64,000 nt of DNA from Felis catus (GCF_018350175.1 NC_058368.1:93250001-93314000), one strand, 5' to 3'. Positions 26,166 to 39,357 are shown, numbered from the stretch's first letter. Notes: generated by a model from the letters alone, not told the origin. Numbers and translations are program-made.

Positions 26166-27254
26166 CACTTAATATTCTTGATGGTCATAGAAGATAATAT
26201 TAGCCATAGAACCTAATTCATTTATTATTTTTAGCTATTACTCAACAACTCACTCCTATCCACATCAGTGATACCTATATACTTGAAAAGAGTATTAGTC
26301 AGCTGACAATTTTGTCTGGGTGATTCTTAGAAGTCTATAGCTCCCTGTCAAAGCTGTGGCATTCTCTTCTGCTAGAAGACTAACTGATGTAATTAGCAAC
26401 AGCACTTGCATTACTCGAGGGGTTTTTACACTGGTAGCTTAGTCCAGGATCTCGGTGAACAGCCTCTAAAAGGTACCATGCAAAGGAATGCTAGTAAAAG
26501 GTTGATCAACTGATCAACTCATGGTTTAGGTTCATCAACTATAAACCATTAAAGCAGAAATTCAAGGATCTTTGAGCCAGCTGAAAGGTCAGTGCATTTA
26601 GAAAAATAAAAAAGAAACACCTAATGCTTAGCAATGCAAAGGAACTCTGGCAGAACTTGACTTCCACAAAAAGTCACCCTTGAAAGAGCTATGGTTCATT
26701 GCCACTGGTAAGCAAGGGTAGACGGTGTAACTATTACCTTTCAAGTAGGATGGACATGCTAAATCTAGGAAGGGCTACTTATGATCACTCTACATATACC
26801 GAAACCTTCATTTTATATACATGCACATGCTAACACAAAACCCCATGAGGATATGAGACTGTGTTAGTAAAGGAAGGGCTAAAAGTATAAAAGAACACAT
26901 GTCAATTGCTTGGTTGAGGAACACATTGCTGACAGGGTCAAAAATTCTCCTCAATGTCTGGTTTTGTTGTGATGGGCCAGCCATGGCTCGAAAACCAAAT
27001 CTTTCATGATCACCTCCCACTCCTACCAAGCTTAGTGACACTCCTCTGTGATCTCACAGAACATTATGCATCCCTCTGTGACAGCATTTACCACAATGAG
27101 TTGAAGTGATCTGTTTTCAAGTCAGACTCTCACAAAACAAAACTACTCGAAGATGGGGATGTTGTTTTCTTTTTGGTAACACTAGTGCCATTACCCATAA
27201 GGCACTCAATTTTTTTGTTTTGTTGGGTACGACTTTATAAAAGCACATGCCTCT

Positions 27255-27506
27255 GGGGTCCCTGGGTGGCTCAGTTGGTTGAAGGTCAAACTCTTGATTT
27301 TGGCTCAGGTCATGATCCCAGGGTCATGGGATCAAGCCCAACATTGGTCTCTGTACTGAGTGTGGAGCCTGATTGGGATTCTCTATCTCTCTCTCCCTCT
27401 GCTCCTCTCCCTTGCTCATGCTTTCCCTCTAAAGAAAGAAAGAAGAAAGAAAAGGAAGGAAGGAAGGAAGGAAGGAAGGAAGGAAGGAAGGAAGGAAGGA
27501 AGGAAG
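27255..27506 (+). mobile_element. CanSINE with a (GGAA)n tail
   Basis: Canonical head and body; the tail has expanded to (GAAA)/(GGAA)n. Confidence 0.93.
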
Positions 27507-27924
27507 AACTGCTATTAACTTCCTATTTTCTACAAATTCTGACTAACCTGCAAAAACCTGTGGGTTTGTGAGGTTGGTTTCAGATGGCACAGAACCATTC
27601 TGTACTTTGTTATTCATACTGAGTTCCCGCAGGAGTGGGATTTCTATAGTCAGGACTAGGAGTATGTATGTGGTTTATTTCTAGGGTGACAGACTTGGCT
27701 CTAAAGGGGAAGGAGAAAGTGAGAGTATGATATTTTACAAGTAATATTATATGTTATCTTTTTTTATGGATAAGGAAACAGGCCTGAGAGGGAAGCCACA
27801 CCTGAGCAAAGGACTTTCAATAAGAATAAAACTGCTTTGTGTTACTTGGACATAATATTAGCTGTACCAATAACACTGGTAAAATAAGTGATTCAAATGT
27901 TTCTTGCAAAAGCAATATGCATTT

Positions 27925-29013
27925 TACATTTAGGTCTAAGATCTGTTTTGAGTTAATTTTTGTGAAGGGTGTAAGGTCTTTGTCTAGATTCATTTATTTG
28001 CATGTGGAAATCCAGTTTTTCCAGCACCATTTGTTGAAAAGACACTCTTTGCTCCATTGTATTGCTTTTGCTCACCATCAAAGCTCAGTGGACTCTGTTT
28101 ATGTGGATCTATTTCTGGGCTCTATAAAACCTAGGTAATTTTGGGTATGGTGATGGCAAAGATGTATAGGAATAGGAACTCTCATTCATTGCTGGTGGAA
28201 ATGCAAAATGGTCCAGCCATTTTGGAAGTCAGTTTGATGGTTTCTTATCTTACAATTCAGTAATCAGCCTCCTTGGTATTTAGCAAATGGAAGTGAAATC
28301 TCATGCCCACCAAAAAATTACATGTGGATACACACATGGCAGCTATATTCATATGTGCCAAAACTAGGAAGCAACCTGCATGTTCTTCAGTCAATGAAAG
28401 GATAAACTAACTGGGGTACATCCGGACAATAGAGTAATATTCAGTGCTAAAAAGAAATGAGATACAAAGCTATAAAAGGACATGGAAGAACCTTAAATGC
28501 ATATTACTAAATGAAAGAGGCCAACTGAAAATGCTATATGCCCTAGGATTCCAAACATGTAACATTCTGGGAAAGGAAGATAATGGAGAAAGTAACAAAA
28601 TAAGTGGTTGCCACAAGCTGGCATGGGGGGAGGGGGGCAAGACAGGGATCTCTAAGTGGAGCACAAAGGATTTTTAGGGCAGTTAAAACACTCTGTGTGA
28701 TACTACAATGATGGACCCAACTCATTATCCTCTTGTCTGAACCCATAAAATGTAAAACACTGACAGCGAACCCTAAGATAAGCCAGGACTTCGGGTAATT
28801 ATTATGCATCAATATAGGTTTATCAATTACAAATGTACCATCCACACATGATATTCACAGTAGGGAAGACAGTACACTTGTGAAGCAAAGGGTACAGGAG
28901 CACTCTCTGTACTTCCCACTCGATTTGGCTATGAACCTAAAACTACTAAAAATATAAACTATTTAAAAAAACAAAAACTCAATAATAAGAGATGAACAAG
29001 ACAATTTGCAAAA
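27925..29013 (+). mobile_element. L1MC1-like 3' fragment with an inverted 5' segment (27925-~28125 on the minus strand)
   Basis: Antisense ORF2 piece joined to a sense 3' region. TSD AAAAG(C/A)AATATGCATTT at 27908-27924 and 29014-29030. Confidence 0.8.
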
Positions 29014-29319
29014 AAAAGAAATATGCATTTGGCAATTCAGTTCAGCTGATAGTACCATCCACCAACAGTGTCCATCCAACAAAATCTTCCGTTCAGATCC
29101 CAGAAAAAAGGTCCGCACCTCTACCATAGTGCTTCTTCAATAACAGACTTATTTTTGTGTATTTTATCTGGCATGTGCACAGCTAATTAACAGCAATCAC
29201 AACTGACCCAAAAAAATACAAGAAAAGAAAAAGAAGAAGAAAAAAATCTCCCAAAAACTTTATACTTTCAATTGCACTAGAAAAACACCACGGACACTTC
29301 CAGGTTCCATGGAGACACT

Positions 29320-29500
29320 GGCATATATTGACCCAAATAATCCACAGCAGTATTGTGAGTTAGAAGCTATCATGTTTTTACAAATATGGAAACTGAGGAT
29401 CCAAGAAGTTACAGAACATGCCCAAGATCACACAGCCAGGATTTGGAACTGGGATTTGAACTAAGGTCTGTAGGACCCCAAATTCTCCTCACTTTGTGTG
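29320..29500 (-). mobile_element. MIR
   Basis: TTTTACAAATATGGAAACTGAGG...TGCCCAAGATCACACAGC...GGGATTTGAACT core. Confidence 0.8.
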
Positions 29501-29961
29501 TTGTTAGGCTGTCAGCATTCAGAGCTTTGTATCTCATCTGGAGGATAGTCAACTTTGAAGATAGTGATAACCTGAAAAAAATGGACAGAAAATAACCCAG
29601 AGCCTAAAAAGACTAAAGACTGAGCATCAGGAAGAGGAGATGGCTCTAATAGCTGAAACACCAGTAGGCTGAGTTTACAGTCTTAAAATGTTAAGATTTT
29701 ACCTTTTAGGTAAACAATTTCACAATATATTTCAAAATTCATAAAAACTTATTTTCTTTTGTTATATATGAACCTAATGGTGACCACACTCCAAAAACCT
29801 TTAATAGATACACAAAAAATAAATAGAAAGAAAGCCAAGCATAACACTAAAGGCTGTCACTAATCACAAGGAAAGAGAAAAAGAGAAGAAACACAGAAGA
29901 ACTACAAAAACAAGCAGAAAAGACAAAATGGTAATAAGTACATACCTATCAATAAGTACTT

Positions 29962-30165
29962 TAAGTGTTTATTTAGAGAGAGAGTACATGTGAGTGGGGG
30001 AGGGGCAAAGAGAGAGGGTGAGAGAAAATCCCAAGCAGGCTCCATGCTCAGCATGGAGATCGACGTGGGGCTCGATCTCACAACCATGAGATCATGACCA
30101 TGAGATCATGATCTGAAATGAAATCAAGAGATGGACACTGAACCGACTAAGCCACCAGGTGCCCC
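29962..30165 (-). mobile_element. CanSINE nested in L1
   Basis: TSD AATAA(G/T)TACTTTAA on both sides; internal duplication of CCATGAGATCATGA. Confidence 0.92.
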
Positions 30166-32120
30166 AATAATTACTTTAAATGTAAATGGTCTAAAAGTGC
30201 CAATAAAAAACATAGGGTGATGAAATGGATTAAGAAAATAAGACTCATCTATATGCTGCCCACAGGATATTTACTTCAGACCTAAGGACACATAGGACAC
30301 ATAGGACACACAGACTGGAAGTGAAGGGATGGAAAAAGACATTGCATGCAAATGGGATGATAAAAAAAAAAACACGACGAGGTAGCAATACTTCTATCAG
30401 ACAAAATAGGCTTTAAAACAAAGGCTGTAACACAAGCCAAAGAAGAGCATTACATAATGATAAAGGGATCAGTCCAACAAGAGGATATAGCAATTGTAAT
30501 ATTTATGCACCCAACACTAGAGCACCTAAATACAGACAGAAAATATTAACATACATAAAGAGAGACATTGACAGTAAGACAATAAGACTTTAACAACTCA
30601 CTTACATCTATGGATAGATCATCCAGACAAAATCAATAAGGAAACAGTATCTTTGAACAACACATGAGACCAGAGGTACTTACCAGATATACAAAACATT
30701 TCATCCAAAAACAATGGAATATACATTCTTTTCAAGTGCACATGGAACATTCTCCAGGAGAGATCACATATAAGCCCACAAAACAAGACTAAATATATTT
30801 AAGAAGCTTAAAATCCTATTAAGCATCTTTTTCTGACAACAGTGGTATAAAATAAGAAATCAATTACCCCCCCAAAAAACCTAGAAAATAAACAAATGGG
30901 GTTTTAAACAACACATTAGTAAATAACCAATGGGCCAGTGAGGAAATCAAAAAATATATGGAGATAAGTGAAAATGAAACACAATGGTCCAAAATCTTTA
31001 GGATGCAGTGAAAGTAGTTCTAAGAGGGAAATTTATAGAGATACAAGCCTACCTCCAGAAAAATAAAATTCTCAAATAAATAAACATAACCTTACACCTA
31101 AAGTAACTAGACAAAGAACAAAGCCCAAAGTCAGTGGAAGAATTTGAAATAATAAAGATCGGTGACAAATAATGAAAGCTACTAAACAAAACAGAACAAA
31201 AACAATAAAAAAGAAAAATAAAATCAGGAACTGCCTCCCTGAAAAGACAAATGAAACTGATAAGCCTTTAGCCAAATCCATCAAGAAAAAGAGAAGTCAA
31301 ATAAAGCCAGAAAGCAAAGAGAAGTAACAACAAACACCAGAGGAATACAAAGGATTCTAAAAGACAACTATAAAAAATTATATGCCAACAAACTGGACAA
31401 CTAAGAAGAAATAGGCAAAATTTCTAGAAACATACAATGTCCCAAACTGATTCAGGAAAAAAGACTATCTGTATAGACCAACTACTAGTAATGAAACTGA
31501 ACTGACAATCAAAAAACTCCCAAAAAGCCAAAGTCCCAGACCAGATAGATTCACAGGTGAATTCAACCAAATGATTCCAGAGCTATTACCTATTGTTCCA
31601 AAGCTATTCCAAAAATCAGTAAAAGGAAGGACAGCTTCCAGATAAGACCAGTACTACCCTGATAGCAAAGCCAGACAAACGCTACCAAAAAGAAAACTAT
31701 AGGTCAATATCCTGGATGAACACAGATGCAAAAATTCTCAAAAAAATGTTAGCAAATCAACTCAAAAGTACATTAAAAGGATCATTTACCATAATGAAGT
31801 GAAATTATTACAGGAATGCAGGAATGACTTAATGTTCACAAATCAATGTAACGCACCAGATTAACAAAATGAAGGATAAAAATCATACAATAAACAAACA
31901 CACAAAAAACATTTGACAAAATTCAACATGTGTTCATGATAAAAACTGTCAACTAAGTGTATGTATAGGGCATGTATCTCAACATAATGGTCATTTATGA
32001 AAAACCTACAGGGAGCATCAGATTCAATGGTGAAAAGCTAAGAGCTTTTCCTGTAAGATCGAAAATAAGACAAGGATGTCCCCTTCACCATTTTTGTCAA
32101 CAAAGTATTGGAAGTCCTAG

Positions 32121-32649
32121 TGTTAGGAGGTAGGGGAAGGATACTAAAGTAGCCTCTAAACTGAGAGGCACTTTGAGTCCAGAAAATGAAGCAGAAAACT
32201 CCATACAGTTTACACAGAGTTTTATTCATGGTAACTTACTAACAAGGAGGATGGGGTAGATGACAATCCAGGTAGCTGTGCAGCTATTCTCTGCAAAGTC
32301 TGGACCTTAGTTTACTGATCTTACAGAGTGAGAGAATGTGCAAAAGCACGCGGTTGGTAGATCAAAGAGTTCTCATGCACTTCAAAGGGTTCACGTGAAC
32401 CTAACTGACTGCTAACAATGAACAGACCTCAAGGTGCCCTCTATATGTCAGGAAGGAGAAAAACTTACTTCTAACAGATTCATGGGAGGCCAAAGCAAGG
32501 CATTCATGTTCCAGCCTTGACAGGCATTTCTAAGATATGTATATTAATCTCCAATGGGCCCAGAATATGTAACCCCAAGAGAGGTCATTAAGGAGATATA
32601 AACAAAATGGAGGGCCAAAGATGGACTCAGTATTGTCAGCACTCTTATA
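32121..32649 (-). mobile_element. Solo ERV LTR inserted in L1 ORF2
   Basis: Splits the L1 sequence GGAAGTCCTAG/TCATAGCAATC. TSD CCTAG/TCTAG, TG...TA(CA) termini, and a minus-strand AATAAA near 32222. Confidence 0.8.
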
Positions 32650-33745
32650 TCTAGTCATAGCAATCTAACAAAAGAAAACAAAAAAGAAAAAAAGAAAAGC
32701 CATCCAAACTGGTAAGTAAGATGTAACATTGTCACTATTTGCAAATGATATGATACTATGCATAGAAAACCCTGAATACTCCACCAAAAACCTATTAGAA
32801 TAAACCTATTAGAGTTCAGGAAAATTGTAGAAAACGTAATTATATACACAGAAATCTGTTTCATTGCTATCCACTAATAACAAAGTAACAGCAAGAGAAA
32901 TTAAGAAAACAATTCCATTAACAAAGGTACCAATAATAAAATATCTATGAATAACCTTAACCAAGGAGATAAAAGACCCATACTCTGAAAACCATAAAAT
33001 ATTGTTGAAAGAAACTGAAGATGATACAAAAAAATGGAAATACATACCATGTTCATGGATTGGAAGAATTAATACTGTTAAAAGGTCCATACTATCCAGG
33101 GCAATCTACAGATTCGAAGCAATCCCCATCAAAATTCCAATCACATTTTTCACAGAACTGGAACAAATAATCCTAAAATTTGTATAGAATCACAACAGTC
33201 CCAATAGCCAAAGCAATCTTGAGAAAAAAAGAAAAGAAAACAAAGCTGGAAGTATCATGCTCTCTGATTTCAAGATATACTAGGAGAGTGAGAGTAATAA
33301 AAACAGTATGGCACTGGCACAAAAGGAGATACATACATCAATAGAGCAGAATAGAGATCCCAGAAATAAATCCACACTTCTATGGTCAATTAATCTATGA
33401 TGAAGAAGGCAAGAATATACAATGGGAAAAAGGGCAGTCTCTTCAACAAATGGTGTTGGAAAAGGTGGACAGCTACACACACTAGAGTGAAACTTGACTA
33501 CTTACTTATACCACACATCAGAAAATAAACCCAAAATGCATCAAAGACCTAAATGTGAGACCTGAAAGAGTAAAACTTCTGGAAGAAAACACAGGCAGTA
33601 ATCTCTTTGACATCAGCCTTAGCAACAATTTTCTAGATGTGTCTCCTCAGGCAAGGGAAACAAAAGCAAAAATAAACTATTAAGTCTCCATCAAAATAAA
33701 AAGCTTTTGCACACAAAGGAAAGCAACAAAATGAAAAGGCAACAA

Positions 33746-34140
33746 TGTGATTTGTGGTAAATACTTGTTTTCCTTCTGGGTCCTAGAGTTTCAGGAACTG
33801 CACTCAGTCATAAAGACAAAACCGTGTTTATGTGACAAAAACTATGGGCACCTAAGCTCAGACTAGCTTCCCCAGTACACAACATTTTTCATGTATTGGG
33901 CAATATTAGTTGCTAGAGGAATTAAGTATATTCTGTGCAACTCCCATGGAGAGGAATGGCTGATGCTTGTGCCTGGTTTCTTTGAAACTTCACCTCATGT
34001 GCCTTTTCCCTTTGCTGATTTTTCTTGTGGGTCATTTTGCCATAAAAACTGTAACCAGTTGTTTAACAACTTCTTAGACTTGTGAGTCTTTCAACTGAAT
34101 CACCAAACCTTGGGTGGCCTTTGGGACTTCTGATCCATAC
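33746..34140 (+). mobile_element. MER21-like LTR
   Basis: GTGCCTTTTCCCTTTGCTGATTTT and GAATCACCAAACCTTGGGTGG motifs. Confidence 0.75.
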
Positions 34141-34829
34141 CCAAACAACGAAAATAAACTAACTTATAAAAATCAGTTCTTAAGAAATTCCTAAGAAAGT
34201 TAGGATCACAAAGAAAACTAATGACTTAAAATCCCAGAAAGTTCTATCTAGGAAGAAATAGGTCGACCACTGCTTTCATCTTTGGCAGAACAACAGAAGG
34301 AGGAGAACGCTATTATAAGCATGGTAAAAAGAAAACAGCCAAAGTTTTAACACACTTTCCAAGACAAGTATGGATTGGTAGGATGGTTTAGTTTGCAGTC
34401 GCCTGTCAACTCTTGTCCACAGTTCATCAACTGCTCCAGATTGGTGGCAGAGCCTGAGCATTGAGATAGACCCTCCCTGAGTCAAAGTCATAAAGGGCTT
34501 AATGACTGAAGGCAGCACAAGTCAAAGACACCCCCATGGTAGTGCACGCCCTACATGGAATACCAAATAAGTCAATGACTAGATAAAAGGCAGGAGAGAG
34601 CACATAGGCCTTCCAGGCAATCATATCCCAAGTCCTGATGAAAGCAAAGTTCTGATAATATACTCAACAAACTTGAAAACTGTGACTAACTGAATCTAAC
34701 CAAACTTATCCCAACCCAACCCAACCTAACCCAAAACCCTAGCAACAAACAGATCTAGTTTACCTATAGACTAAATTAGCTTAACCTCATGCAAGAGACT
34801 CAAAAAAGAGGAGGCATATGCTCTTTTCT

Positions 34830-35267
34830 GGGTCTGGGGCTGTTGTAACAATTTACACATCTGGGTGACTTAAACAGCCAACACTCATTCTTTCACAGTT
34901 CTGGTGGACAGATGTATCTGGAATCAAGGCATTGGCAGGTCCATGCTCTCTCTGAAGGCTGTAGGAAAGAATCTTTTCTTGCCTTGTGTAGCTTCTGGTG
35001 ATTGTTGGCAATACTTGGCATCCTTTATTTTGTGGAGCATAACTCCAATCTCTGCCTCTGTCTTCATATGGACTTCTTTCCTGTGAGTGTCTCTCTCTTT
35101 CTGAATCTCTCTCCACATAGGGACACCAGTCATTAGAATTCAGACCCATCCTAATCTAGTATGACTCCACCTTCACTTGATTACATCTGCAAAGATCTAC
35201 TTCCAAATAAGCTTACATTCACATATGGACCTCAAGATACCTTTTGGGGGGACACAATTCAATTAAC
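34830..35267 (-). mobile_element. MLT1 (MaLR) solo LTR
   Basis: GCTGTTGTAACA...TCACAGTTCTGG...GGGGGGACACAATTCAA signature. Confidence 0.85.
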
Positions 35268-36230
35268 AAGAGGGTATAGATATCATTCCCTGATAGTCTC
35301 TGTCCCTTTACTCACAATATTTTCAATTCACTCAAAAATTATGAGACATGTGAAAAAAAGAAGAAAATGTGGCCAATCATCAAGGGAGAAAATAGTCAAC
35401 AGAACCAGATCTAGAATGACCCACATGTTGGATTTATCAGAGACATTAAAGGAACTACGAATACATTACAGAATCTAGAGGAAAATGTGGATAACATGCA
35501 TGAGAAGATAGGTAATTTCAATAAAAGCTATAAAAAAGGAACCAAAAGTGAATTCTGAGATAAGGATTATTTTTATGGACTTAGAGTGGATACAGCACTA
35601 GGGGGAAAAATCAATAAACTTGAAGATAATTCAGTAGAAATTACTCAACCTGAAACACAAATGGAGAAGAGTGTAAAAAAATAAAATAAAATGACATCAG
35701 AGTTATGTGGAACAATACCTAATATATGTGTTATTGCAGCCAGAGATGAAGAAAGAGAATAACTCAGAAGACATGTTGAAAAGATAATGCTAACAATTTT
35801 CCTAAACTGATGAAAGAAATCAAACACGCCAAGAGGTCCAGAAGAGCCAAAAAAGGATAAATATTTTTAAAACCACAATTAGACATAACATATTCAACGT
35901 GCTGAAAATTGAACATAGATTTTAAAAGCATTCAGACAAAAAGACAATTACACATAAAACAATGGTAATAATGAAGGCTGATTTCTCATCTGAAGAAGCC
36001 TAGAAACCCCCTCAAATATGTATAAATTAAACAAAACACTTATAAACCTTAAACATGAAATAAAATGCTTATAAAGGAGTTAAGGATGATACCACTTCCC
36101 TCATCCATCCAGTACTACCATAATAACGCTGTCATGTTATCATGGAATTGTGACTATAATTCTTCTGTTCTGCAATGTTTCAAAATGACATTTGAATGTA
36201 GTAAACCAAATAAAAGAACTGAAAGAATTT

Positions 36231-36441
36231 AATTTTTTTTAACATTTATTCATCTTTGAGAGAGAGAGACAGAGCATGAGTGGGGGAGGAGCAGAGAGAG
36301 AGGGAGAGACAGAATCTGAAGCAGGCTCCAGGCTCTGAGCTGTCAGCACAGAGCCTGATGCGGGACTCAAACTCACTGACTGCTAGATTATGACCTGAGC
36401 CAAAGTCAGACGCTTAACCGACTGAGCCACCCAGGCAACCC
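36231..36441 (-). mobile_element. CanSINE (SINEC_Fc-like)
   Basis: Canonical sequence with TSD AACTGAAAGA(A/G)TTT at 36217-36230 and 36445-36458. Confidence 0.96.
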
Positions 36442-38378
36442 AACAACTGAAAGAGTTTTAAAACATGATACCACAATGAAAACATTAAGATGTATTTTGA
36501 CCTAAATGATGATGAAAAACAGTACATCAAAATTTGGGGACTGCAAATAAAATAGTACTTGGAAGGAAATTTATAACTTCAAGGCCTATGTTAGTAAAGA
36601 AAAAAGAGCACAGTGAGCTATGCTTTTACTTTAGTAACCTATATATAGAAAGAAGAGCAAATGGAACCCAAAAGAAGTAGAAGAAAAAAAAATAGTAACA
36701 TGACAACAGAGATCTACAAGATTGAAAACAAATAGAGAAAATGAAAAAAGTCAGAACTTTATTCTTTTTTGAATGAGAATAAAATGTTAAAATTTCTAGA
36801 AAGAGTGATTGAAAAATAGAGAATATAGAAATTCTGAATATCAAGAATTAGAGAGAATATTACTATATACACTATAGAATTAAAAGGATTACAGATAAAT
36901 ATCATGAAAAATGTCATGCCAGTAGATATGTAAACATACACTAAATGTATAAATTGCTTGAAAAACCTTTAAAAACCTGGCATGACAAGAAACAGAGAAT
37001 GTAAGTAGGTAAGTATTACTACAGCTGTTAAAGAAATTAAATTAGAAATTTAAAACATTCCCACCATGAAAAGTCCACTCCAAAATGGTTTCAAACCTTT
37101 TATCAAATGTGAATTCTATCAAAGATTTAAGAAATGCCAATTTTATATTCACTTTTAAAAAATGGAAGAGGAGACAATACTCCCCAACTCATTCTATGAG
37201 GCCTGCTTCATTCTGAGATCAACATCACAAAAGGACATTAAGAAAAGCATATTAGGAACTAGTATCCCTCACGAACATCGACTCCATGATATTAGCAAAT
37301 AGAACATACAAATATATTTTTAAAAGGACAATATATCATCAACAAGTAGGCTTTTGTTTCAAGAATACAGGATGCACTTGTTTTATGAAACTCAAAGAGT
37401 GTAATTCACAAGAGTAACATCACAGAAGAACAGCCATATGGTCATTTAAATAGGTTTTAATGTTAAGTAACTATTTGATGCAATTTACCACCCATTCATG
37501 ATACAAATGAAAACTCAAAAGTCAGTTTGCCAATGTCCTAAAGAGCATCTAAGGAAGACCTATAGCTGATAAGATCCTTAACTTTGAATTCTTCAACACC
37601 TTGTCCTTAAAACCAGAGTAACGCAATGATAACCATTCTCACCATTTCTAATCAACATTGTACTGGAGGGTTTAGCCATTAAAACTAGGCAAGAGAAGGA
37701 AATAAAGAGGCATAAAAATGGGACAGAAAAAAAGTAAAATTTCCTTTAAATGAGGCAAACACAAATAGACCAGGTGGACTAAATATAATATCTAGAAGCA
37801 AATCATAATTTATGACAAAATTGTCACTGGAACCCAGCAGGGAAAGGTCAATCTCTTCAATAAATAATACTGAATTAACTGGCTAACATATGAAAAACTA
37901 AATCAGTTGGCTAAGATATGAAAAAAATTAGCTTTGACCCCTTCCTAGCATCATCACATGCAAAAGTTAACTTCATATAAATTCTAGATAAAAATATTGA
38001 AGATAAAAAATTAAAGGTTTTAGGAGATAATGTTGGAGAATACCTTTGTGACCTTGAGTTAGGCAAAGGTTTCCTCAAAGGAGAAAAAGACATTATAATC
38101 ATAAATCAAAGATCAATAAATTGGAATTAATTAAAAATATACCATTTCTGTTCATCAAAGCAAGCTATTAAGGAATATAAAGTCAAGCCATAGAGAGAAA
38201 GAAGCCACTAACATGCACATACTTCCAAAAAAAGACTACATGTCCAAAATACAGAGAATTCTTACGATGGAACAACAAGAACAACAGATAACCCAATTAA
38301 AAATGGGAAAAAGGCTAAATCATGTTCAAAAGTACCCAAATAGCCAATAAACAACAACAAAAATCCCTGACCATGTCA

Positions 38379-38581
38379 AGGGTTCCTGGGGGACTCAGTC
38401 GCCGGACTTCGACTCAGGTCATGATCTCACAGCTGGTGAGTTTGAGTCCAGTCAGGCTCTGTGCTGACAGCTCAAAGCCTGGAGCCTGCTTTGGAGTCTG
38501 TGTCTCCCTCTCTCTCTCTCTCTCTGCACCTCCCTGCTCACTCTCTCTCTCTCAAAAATAAATTTAAAAAAATAATAAAAA
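38379..38581 (+). mobile_element. CanSINE
   Basis: CAGGTCATGATCTCAC...GCTCTGTGCTGACAGCTC, a CT tract and an A-rich tail. Confidence 0.93.
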
Positions 38582-38789
38582 TACTTGACAATGTTAACTG
38601 TTGCAAAGCAGGGGGAGCTTGTGGAGTTGTCATGCATTATTGAATGCAAAATTGGTTTCATCACTTTGGAACAGTTTAATGGCTGAACATTCAGCCATTC
38701 ATTAAAGGCTGAACATTCCAGATCCTCTGATCTAACACTTCCATTCCTAGGTATATACTAGCAGGAGTACACGCACACAAAGACATAGG

Positions 38790-38965
38790 CAATAGGCTCC
38801 TGGACAGTAACAAAAGTAGAATGAAGTAAGAGAGATTCCTAGTGCTCAAAATTTAAGAAGCCGCTCCCTCTCAGGTCAAGAAACTGCCAGTGGGTTCAGA
38901 AGAGTGGGTGCTTCCTTAAATTTTACACCTCAGGCACCTTTCTTCCCTTACCCTAGTCCCAGCTC
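38790..38965. mobile_element. MER96B-like palindromic hAT MITE
   Basis: Internal inverted repeat AAAATTTAAGAAGC...GCTTCCTTAAATTTT and an end CCCTAGTCCCAGC. Confidence 0.65.
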
Positions 38966-39051
38966 CCTCCCATCCTGGCAGCAGTCAGTATTGATGACAA
39001 CCAAACACCCAAATATGCATGGATGGGAGAAGAGATCAGTAAACTCTTATA

Positions 39052-39357
39052 CGGGCAAACCTCATGTTAGTGCACCTGCCTTTACTGTGCTTTGCAGACA
39101 CTGCATTCTTTACACATCGAAGGTTTATAGCAACCGGGCATCAAGCAAATCTCTCAGAACCATTTTCCAACAGTATTTGCTCACTTGTCTCTCTCTGTAA
39201 CATTTCAGTAGTTCTTGCAACATTTCAAGGGTTTGTGCTATAGTTGTATTTTTTACGCCAATATGTGATCAGTGATTATGACTTGCTGAAAGCTCAAATG
39301 ATGGTCAGCATTTTTTTAGCAAAAGAGTATTTTCAATTATTCTTTATTTATTTATTT

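Larger units (their letters stand above)
29760..33745 (+). mobile_element. Degenerate carnivore L1 covering most of ORF2 and lacking its 3' end
   Basis: Degraded ORF2, e.g. [17 protein letters not shown] at 33002-33187, collinear with ORF2 of the full-length L1. Interrupted by a SINE and an LTR. Confidence 0.92.
35300..38790 (+). mobile_element. Ancient L1M relic (ORF1 and ORF2 remnants), fragmented
   Basis: Degenerate ORF2-like blocks (CCCAACTCATTCTATGAGGCC; AACATTGTACTGGAGG; ACCCAATTAAAAATGGG). The 3' remainder is at ~39780-40150. Confidence 0.75.
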
